Of a stretch of DNA of 64,000 nucleotides, positions 1 to 6,220 are shown in pieces. The stretch covers positions 2,839-66,838 of the forward strand of contig PKEX01000028.1 in the NCBI GenBank assembly GCA_002919235.1. The letters run 5' to 3'. Within the stretch, counting starts at the first letter, position 1; every line of letters begins with the position of its first letter. The notes under the pieces are model-generated. The model saw nothing but the letters and a program-made list of their open reading frames with translations, ran no database searches and had not been told where the DNA came from. Made by a program: the position numbers and the translations under genes. The DNA comes from Clostridia bacterium (GTDB lineage Bacteria > Bacillota > Limnochordia > DTU080 > RSA5).

Positions 1-1644
1 CAATTTGCCCGCTCGTACCTGGGACACGTCTTCGGTTCCAACTCGGTCTACCTATTGCGTAATAGATTATACCAAAAACTGCAATCGTTGTCGTTTTCAT
101 ATTACGACAGGGCCAAGACGGGCGACCTCATGTCCCGCCTCGCCGGGGACGTGGAGATCTTTCGCCAGTTCTTGGCCTTTGGTTTTCTCCACTTGGTGGA
201 CTTCTTTCTCCTCTTCTCGCTGACGCTGGCCCTCATGCTCTACCTGGACTGGCAGCTCACGCTGACCGTCCTGGCGATGATGCCGCTCCTGGCCTTCTTG
301 GCCCTGCGCTTTCACTTCAAAGTGCGCCCGGCCTTCACGGCGCTGCGGGAATCGCTGTCCGAGATGTCCACCACGGTGCAGGAGAACATCACGGGCGTGC
401 GGACCGTAAAATCCTTTGCCCGGGAGCCGCAGCAGATCGCCCTCTTCGGGGCGCGGGTCCGGGCCTACCTGGAACGGCACATGGCGGCGACGTCCATCTG
501 GTCCCGCTACTTTCCCACCATGGAGCTGATGGGCAACATCGGGGTGCTGCTGCTCCTTTGGGTGGGCGGGCGCCGGGTGATGTCGGGCGCCCTCTCCATC
601 GGCGAGCTGACGGCGTTTTTCAGCTACATCTGGTACCTGGTGGTCCCCCTGCAGCAGCTGGGCTACCACATCAACAACCTGACCCAGTCGGTGGCCTCCG
701 GCCAGAGGATCCTGGAGATCCTGGACACGCCCCGGGGCATCCGGGACGCGCCGGACGCGGTGGACCCGGGCCGCATCGAGGGGCACGTGCGGTTTGAAAA
801 CGTCTCTCTCACCTACGACGACGGCACGGTGGCCCTGCGCGACATCACCCTGGACGTGCCCGCCGGCAGCGTCGTGGGGATCCTGGGCCCCACCGGCGCC
901 GGCAAGACGTCCCTGGTCAGCCTGATCCCCCGGTTCTACGATGCGACGGAGGGGCGCGTCCTGGTGGACGGCCGCGACGTGCGCTGGCTCAAGCTGGAGG
1001 CCCTGCGCCGGCAGGTGGCCGTGGTCTTCCAGGAGACCTTTCTGTTTTCCACGTCGATCCGGGAGAACATCGCCTTCGGCCGGCGGGAGGCCAGCATGGA
1101 GGAGATCGTGGCCGCGGCCCGGATGGCGCAGGCGCACGAGTTCATCGAGGAGCTTCCCGACGGGTACGACACGCTGGTGGGCGAGCGGGGCCTGGGGCTT
1201 TCGGGCGGGCAGAAGCAGCGGATCGCCATCGCCCGGGCCATCCTGGCCGATCCCCGCATCGTCATCCTGGACGACGCCACGGCCAGCGTGGACATGGAGA
1301 CGGAACACGCGATCCAGCAGGCGCTGAAGCAGTTGATGAAGGGGAGGACCACCTTCATCATCGCCCACCGGATCTCGTCCGTGAAGGACGCCGACCAGAT
1401 CATCGTGCTGGACGAGGGGCGCATCGTCGAGCGGGGAACCCACGAGGAGCTCCTGGCTCTCGGCGGCCACTACAAGCGCATCTATGACGTCCAGTTCAGG
1501 GATTTGGAGAGCGTGCGGCGGGAGGCGGGCGCGCGGGCCGGCCAAAGCGGCGGCGCGGCCGGCCAGGACGGCGCAGGCCGGCGGGGCGGGACGGGCACCG
1601 CTGCCAAGAGCGCTCTGGACCCGCGGGAGGTGGCGGAGCCGTGA
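1..1644 (+). CDS. ABC exporter half-transporter (fused permease + ATPase), 5' end outside the window
   Basis: Frame 1 is open from base 1 (QFARSYLGHVFG...), so the track start at 55 is internal. The hydrophobic N-terminal half is followed by Walker A GPTGAGKTS, signature LSGGQKQR and Walker B ILDDATAS. The stop overlaps the next start (GTGA at 1641-1644). Confidence 0.9.
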   Translation, partial: QFARSYLGHVFGSNSVYLLRNRLYQKLQSLSFSYYDRAKTGDLMSRLAGDVEIFRQFLAFGFLHLVDFFLLFSLTLALMLYLDWQLTLTVLAMMPLLAFLALRFHFKVRPAFTALRESLSEMSTTVQENITGVRTVKSFAREPQQIALFGARVRAYLERHMAATSIWSRYFPTMELMGNIGVLLLLWVGGRRVMSGALSIGELTAFFSYIWYLVVPLQQLGYHINNLTQSVASGQRILEILDTPRGIRDAPDAVDPGRIEGHVRFENVSLTYDDGTVALRDITLDVPAGSVVGILGPTGAGKTSLVSLIPRFYDATEGRVLVDGRDVRWLKLEALRRQVAVVFQETFLFSTSIRENIAFGRREASMEEIVAAARMAQAHEFIEELPDGYDTLVGERGLGLSGGQKQRIAIARAILADPRIVILDDATASVDMETEHAIQQALKQLMKGRTTFIIAHRISSVKDADQIIVLDEGRIVERGTHEELLALGGHYKRIYDVQFRDLESVRREAGARAGQSGGAAGQDGAGRRGGTGTAAKSALDPREVAEP

Positions 1645-3461
1645 AGGAGCAAGCCGTCCGGGACGTGCGGGAGCGCTTCGTCTACCCCGACGACCGGGCT
1701 ATCGAAAAGCCTTTCGACTGGCGGCAGATGCGCCGCCTGCTGGGGTACATGGCGCCGTACAAGCGGGACGTCGCCCTGGCGATTCTGGTGGCCCTGGCGG
1801 GCACCGTCGCCACGCTGGTGGTGCCGCTTTTCATCAGCCGCGCCATCGACCACGGGATCACGGTGGGCGACGGCGCGGTCCTGGCCCGCATGGCCCTTTA
1901 TCTCGCCCTGTGCTACTTCATCTGGTGGGTGACGGCCGGGGTCCGCATCCAGCTCACCAACTGGGTGGGCCAAAGGGTGCTGCGGGACATGCGGGAGCAG
2001 CTCTTCCGCCACGTGCAGTACCTCTCGTTCAACTTCTTTGACCAGCGCACGGCCGGCTCCATCCTGGTGCGGATCATCAACGACGTCAACGCCCTCCAGG
2101 AGCTGTTCACCAACGGCGTGGTCAACGTCTTCATGGACGTGCTGATCCTGACGGGCATCATCGCCATCATGCTCAGCATCCACCCGGGGCTGGCCCTGGC
2201 CTCCATGGTGGTGCTGCCGTTCATGGTGCTGCTCTCCACCGAGCTCCGGCGAAAGATCCGCAGGGGCTGGCGGGAAGTGCGCATCCGCCTGTCCCGCATC
2301 AACTCGCACCTCAACGAGGCGATCCAGGGCATGCGGGTGACCCAGGCGTTCGTGCAGGAGAAGGAGAACGCCCGCTTCTTCGACCACATCAACGACGACT
2401 ACCGCCGCTGGATGAACCGCTCCACCAAGGTCTCCGACCTCTTCGGGCCCGTGGTGGAATTCACCGGCGCCGTGGGCACCTGCATCGTCTACTGGTACGG
2501 CGCGAGCCTGGTGATCCGGGGGCAGATCACGCTGGGGCTCCTGGTGGCGTTCGTCTACTACCTGGGCCGCTTCTGGGAGCCCATCTCCCGCCTGGGCATG
2601 CTCTACAACCAGGTGCTCCAGGCCATGGCCTCGTCGGAGCGGATCTTTGAGTTCATGGACACCCAGCCCAGCGTCGCCCAGCGGCCCGACGCCATCACCA
2701 TGCCGCCCATCCAGGGCGAGATCCGCTTTGAGAACGTCTATTTCGAGTACAAGGAAGGGCGGCCGGCGTTGCGCGGCGTCGATCTGCACGTCAAGCCCGG
2801 ACAGACCGTGGCGCTGGTGGGGGCGACGGGCTCGGGCAAGACCACGATTGTCAACCTGATCTGCCGCTTTTACGACGTGACGTCGGGCCGGGTGACCATC
2901 GACGGCATCGACGTGCGCGACGTGAAGCTGGACTCGCTGCGTCGGCAGATCAGCATCGTGCTGCAGGACACCTTTCTGTTCTCGGGGACCATCGCGGACA
3001 ACATCCGCTTCGGCCGGCCCGACGCGACCATGGAGGAAGTGCGGGAAGCCTGCCGGGCGGTGGGCGCGGACCGCTTCATCGAGGCGATGCCCGACGGGTA
3101 CGAGACGGTGGTCAGCGAGCGGGGAAGCGGCCTCTCCCTGGGCCAGCGGCAGCTGATCTCGTTCGCCCGGGCGCTGCTGGCCGATCCCAAGATCCTCATC
3201 CTGGACGAGGCGACGGCCAGCGTCGACACGGAGACGGAGCTTCACATCCAGCAGGCCCTCGAGCGGCTCTTGGAGGGCCGGACGGCTATCGTGGTCGCCC
3301 ACCGGCTCTCCACCATCCGCAACGCCGACATGATCGTGGTCATGGACCACGGCCGGGTGGCCGAGCGGGGCACCCACGACGAGCTGATGGCCAAAGGCGG
3401 CATCTACCGCAGCCTGGTGGAGGCGCAGTTCAAGTTCCTCGAGGAGCGGCCCGCCGGCTGA
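1641..3461 (+). CDS. ABC exporter half-transporter (fused permease + ATPase), likely heterodimer partner of the upstream gene
   Basis: 606-aa ORF with a TM-rich N-terminus, Walker A GATGSGKTT, signature LSLGQRQ and Walker B ILDEATAS. Its 4-nt overlap with the upstream gene suggests translational coupling. Confidence 0.9.
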   Translation: MKEQAVRDVRERFVYPDDRAIEKPFDWRQMRRLLGYMAPYKRDVALAILVALAGTVATLVVPLFISRAIDHGITVGDGAVLARMALYLALCYFIWWVTAGVRIQLTNWVGQRVLRDMREQLFRHVQYLSFNFFDQRTAGSILVRIINDVNALQELFTNGVVNVFMDVLILTGIIAIMLSIHPGLALASMVVLPFMVLLSTELRRKIRRGWREVRIRLSRINSHLNEAIQGMRVTQAFVQEKENARFFDHINDDYRRWMNRSTKVSDLFGPVVEFTGAVGTCIVYWYGASLVIRGQITLGLLVAFVYYLGRFWEPISRLGMLYNQVLQAMASSERIFEFMDTQPSVAQRPDAITMPPIQGEIRFENVYFEYKEGRPALRGVDLHVKPGQTVALVGATGSGKTTIVNLICRFYDVTSGRVTIDGIDVRDVKLDSLRRQISIVLQDTFLFSGTIADNIRFGRPDATMEEVREACRAVGADRFIEAMPDGYETVVSERGSGLSLGQRQLISFARALLADPKILILDEATASVDTETELHIQQALERLLEGRTAIVVAHRLSTIRNADMIVVMDHGRVAERGTHDELMAKGGIYRSLVEAQFKFLEERPAG

Positions 3462-3595
3462 CGGGATTGTAAACCTTCTGTTAAATCGGGCCTCCGGTGG
3501 TTGAATCCGGCTCAGGGATGTGTAGACTTAAAGTGGGACGAAAAAGAGCCACGCGGGTCTTGAAATGTCCCGATTATGGGAAGGAGTGAGATCCC

Positions 3596-3751
3596 ATGGA
3601 GCTCTGCAAGGATTGCGGGCACAAGAACATCGGCGCGATCTACTGCGTGAAGTGCGGCAGCGCGCTCTTCCGCCGTAAAGCTCGTCCCGAACGCGAAAGC
3701 GCACTCCTGAGCCTCAGCCGGCTGTGGGCGTTCAATCCCAAGCGCGACTAG
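3596..3751 (+). CDS. small zinc-ribbon-like protein (51 aa), below the ORF-track length cutoff
   Basis: ATG at 3596 lies 8 nt after GGAGTG/AAGGAG (3580-3588). Translation is MELCKDCGHKNIGAIYCVKCGSALFRRKARPERESALLSLSRLWAFNPKRD with two CxxC pairs. TAG is at 3749-3751 and an intrinsic terminator follows at 3784-3828. Confidence 0.6.
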   Translation: MELCKDCGHKNIGAIYCVKCGSALFRRKARPERESALLSLSRLWAFNPKRD

Positions 3752-3783
3752 GCTGGACGCCGGTCTCGTCGTGCTTGTTTCAC

Positions 3784-3828
3784 CGGGCCGCGCATGGCAG
3801 TTATGGGTCGTGCGCGGCTCGCTTTTTT
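3784..3828 (+). terminator. intrinsic terminator after the zinc-ribbon ORF
   Basis: CGGGCCGCGCA (3784-3794) pairs with TGCGCGGCTCG (3811-3821) with one mismatch, followed by C and TTTTTT (3823-3828). Confidence 0.7.
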
Positions 3829-3931
3829 GTTATCATTAGGAGCATTAGATGTCGCGAGCGCGCCCAACGCCGCGGTGGTACGCGCGAGCAGCATTGGACA
3901 AACTAGGAACACCAAGGCAGGAGGGAACAAG

Positions 3932-4540
3932 ATGGCTCGGAACACAGGGCCGAAGCACCGTATGTGCCGCCGGGTCGGGCAGCCCCTCTGCGGCTCGCCT
4001 AAGTGCCCGGCGCTGAAGCGCCCCTATCCTCCGGGACAGCACGGAAACCGCCCCCGCCGCAGGGTGAGCGAGTACGGGAGGCAGCTCCTGGAGAAGCAGA
4101 AGCTCAAGTTCCTCTACGGCGTGCAGGAGCGCCAGCTCCGCCGCTACCTGGACCTTGCCCGCAAGGCGAGGGGCCGCACCGGCGAGCGCCTCTTGCAGAT
4201 CCTGGAGTGCCGCCTCGACAACGTGGTCTACCGCTTGGGCTTCGCGCCGACTCTCCCCGCCGCCCGGCAGCTGGTGAATCACGGGCACATCCAAGTGAAC
4301 GGGCGAAAGGTGGACGTGCCTTCCATGATCCTTCAGGTAGGGGACGAGGTCGCGGTCCGGGAGAAGAGCAGGAACCTGGACATGGTGGTGCAGAGCCTCG
4401 AAGCCCGGGGTGGAAGCGTGCCCCCGTACCTCAGCCTGGACGCCGAGGCGCGGCGCGGCCAGCTGGTGCGGCTTCCGGCGAAAGAAGAGATCCCGGTGCC
4501 GGTCGACGACAACCTGGTCATCGAGTTCTACGCCCGGTAA
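3932..4540 (+). CDS. rpsD: 30S ribosomal protein S4
   Basis: ATG at 3932 follows AGGCAGGAGGG. MARNTGPKHRMCRRVGQPLCGSPKCPALKRPYPPGQHG... and LECRLDNVVYRLGFAPTLPAARQLVNHGHIQVNGRKVDVPS (S4 RNA-binding domain) are unmistakable. The track start at 3794 is an upstream in-frame extension. Confidence 0.95.
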   Translation: MARNTGPKHRMCRRVGQPLCGSPKCPALKRPYPPGQHGNRPRRRVSEYGRQLLEKQKLKFLYGVQERQLRRYLDLARKARGRTGERLLQILECRLDNVVYRLGFAPTLPAARQLVNHGHIQVNGRKVDVPSMILQVGDEVAVREKSRNLDMVVQSLEARGGSVPPYLSLDAEARRGQLVRLPAKEEIPVPVDDNLVIEFYAR

Positions 4541-4644
4541 GCGCCGGGAGTGGACGGAGGCGGACAGAGGCGTACGGGCGAGCTGGGCACGGGTGGGTGA
4601 GCGGGGCCGAAAGGGGACGCGCCGCCGCCTCCTTTCGCGCCGGA

Positions 4645-4752
4645 TTGTGAAAGTGATCACGAGTCATGATCTTGCCCAAACCCGGGCAGGCGAAGGTGTC
4701 GAAGCGCCCGGATTTGGGCAAAGGGACCGGAAAAGCTGCCCACATGTGGGCA
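4645..4752 (+). repeat. modular intergenic repeat, copy A (CRP-like box + 3 phased palindromes)
   Basis: 5' box TTGTGAAAGTGATCACGAGTCAT spans 4645-4667 (TGTGA-N6-TCACG at 4646-4661). Units are TGCCC-aaaccc-GGGCA 4673-4688, CGCCC-ggattt-GGGCA 4705-4720 and TGCCC-acatgt-GGGCA 4737-4752. Unit centres 4680.5, 4712.5 and 4744.5 are exactly 32 bp apart. Confidence 0.9.
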
Positions 4753-5134
4753 GCTTTTCGCGACGGAACGGCAAAGGATGCATGGACGCGGCTCTCGGCG
4801 TGTCCGTCTTGGGCAATGCACATCGCTCCCGGCGCGGGCAGCGTTGGCCCGGCGTCGCTGGTCGAGGGCCGCCGGTCCAGCCGCCAGGCGGCACGGGGTG
4901 AGGAGCCCAGGGCGGCGGGCAGTCGCTGGGGCGCTGGGTGAAGACTCGCCGGCGGTCTTGCAGCGCGACAGCTCGCGGGCTGTCTGGAGCGGGATGGACC
5001 GGCGAAGCAAATCGAGCGAAACACATATGTCGAAACCGTAACACCGCTGAATCACGGGCGAAATAACCCGCCGCTAGACTCCGAAGTGGAAGCGATTCCA
5101 ACATTCCACCTACGAGTCGAAAGGGGTATCGCCC

Positions 5135-6118
5135 GTGAAGCGTCTTTCCGGCCTCGTTCTCCTTCCCTCGCTGCTTGTCGCCGTGCTGCTTGTGGGCGCC
5201 GGCGGCACGGTTCTCGCCGTCGACCCCGAACTCCCTTCCTACCAGCCGGTGAGCGGGGTCTCCGGCACCATCATCTCCGTCGGTTCCGACACCATGAACA
5301 ACATGATGGCCCTCTGGGCCGAGGGGTTTCGCAAGTTCTACCCCAACGTGCGCTTTGAGATCGAGGGCAAGGGTTCCAGCACCGCTCCGCCCGCGCTGAT
5401 CAGCGGCGCCGCGCAGCTTGGGCCCATGTCCCGGGAAATGACCGCCAGCGAGATCGACGCCTTTGAAAACGCATTCGGCTACAAGCCGACCCTGCTTCGT
5501 GTCGGCCTCGACGCCCTGGCCGTCTACGTCCACAGGGACAACCCCATCGAAGGGCTGACGCTGGCCCAAGTGGACGCCATCTTCTCCAAGACCCTCCGCT
5601 GCGGCTACCCTGAGTCCATCGACACGTGGAGCGAGGCAGGCCTCGGCGGCGACTGGGTCAACCGGCCCATCAGCCTGTACGGCCGCAACTCCGCCTCCGG
5701 CACCTACGGCTACTTCAAGGAAAACGCCCTCTGCGGCGGCGACTACAAGGACACCGTCAAGGAGCAGCCCGGCTCCGCTGCGGTGGTGCAGGGCGTCAGC
5801 GTCGACCGCTACGGCATCGGCTACAGCGGCATCGGCTACATCACGTCGGGGGTGCGCGCCGTACCCCTGGCCCGGGCCGAAGGCCAGCCGTTCATCGACA
5901 CCCGCGTGGAGAACGTGGTGAGCGGCGAATACCCGCTGGCCCGCTTCCTCTACGTCTACGTCAACAAGGCGCCTCACCAGCCCCTTCCGCCGCTGGTGGA
6001 GGAGTTCGTCAAGTTCATCTTCTCCCGCGAGGGCCAGGAGGCCGTCGAGCGGGGCGGCTACGTCTCGGTGCCCGCGAGCTTCGCCGCGGAGCAGCTGGCG
6101 CGAGTGGTGGAGGAGTAA
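5135..6118 (+). CDS. pstS: phosphate ABC transporter substrate-binding protein PstS
   Basis: GTG start lies 9 nt after AAAGGGG. A signal-peptide-like N-terminus is followed by GSDTMNNMMALWAEGF...GKGSSTAPPALISGAAQLGPMSREM, typical of the PstS/PBP family. It is the first gene of a pst operon. Confidence 0.9.
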   Translation: MKRLSGLVLLPSLLVAVLLVGAGGTVLAVDPELPSYQPVSGVSGTIISVGSDTMNNMMALWAEGFRKFYPNVRFEIEGKGSSTAPPALISGAAQLGPMSREMTASEIDAFENAFGYKPTLLRVGLDALAVYVHRDNPIEGLTLAQVDAIFSKTLRCGYPESIDTWSEAGLGGDWVNRPISLYGRNSASGTYGYFKENALCGGDYKDTVKEQPGSAAVVQGVSVDRYGIGYSGIGYITSGVRAVPLARAEGQPFIDTRVENVVSGEYPLARFLYVYVNKAPHQPLPPLVEEFVKFIFSREGQEAVERGGYVSVPASFAAEQLARVVEE

Positions 6119-6220
6119 GCGGACCCGAGGCAAGCACGGCCGCGCGTCGTCGCAGGCCGCCGCACGAGCGCCGCGGCGGCGCGCGGCCCTCAACCCCTAC
6201 ACGCGGAAGGTGAATGAAGC

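Noticed and set aside
97-3377. Long minus-strand ORFs (97-1545, 936-1424, 1482-3377) lie opposite the two ABC exporter genes.
   Set aside because: Their translations are Arg/Gly/Pro/His-rich with no recognisable motifs. They are antisense shadows of clearly genuine Walker-motif genes, which is typical of GC-rich DNA where stop codons are rare in off-frames.
4645-4900. I considered whether the repeat elements encode a small protein. Frames starting at the box GTG give VKVITSHDLAQ... in copy A and VKVLTSHQGARFW... in copy B.
   Set aside because: Similarity at the peptide level is confined to the DNA-conserved box and palindromes. Copy B stops after 32 codons while copies A and D run on for 85-357 codons. 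The 32-nt unit spacing is not a multiple of three, and there is no SD. The conservation is therefore at the nucleotide level.
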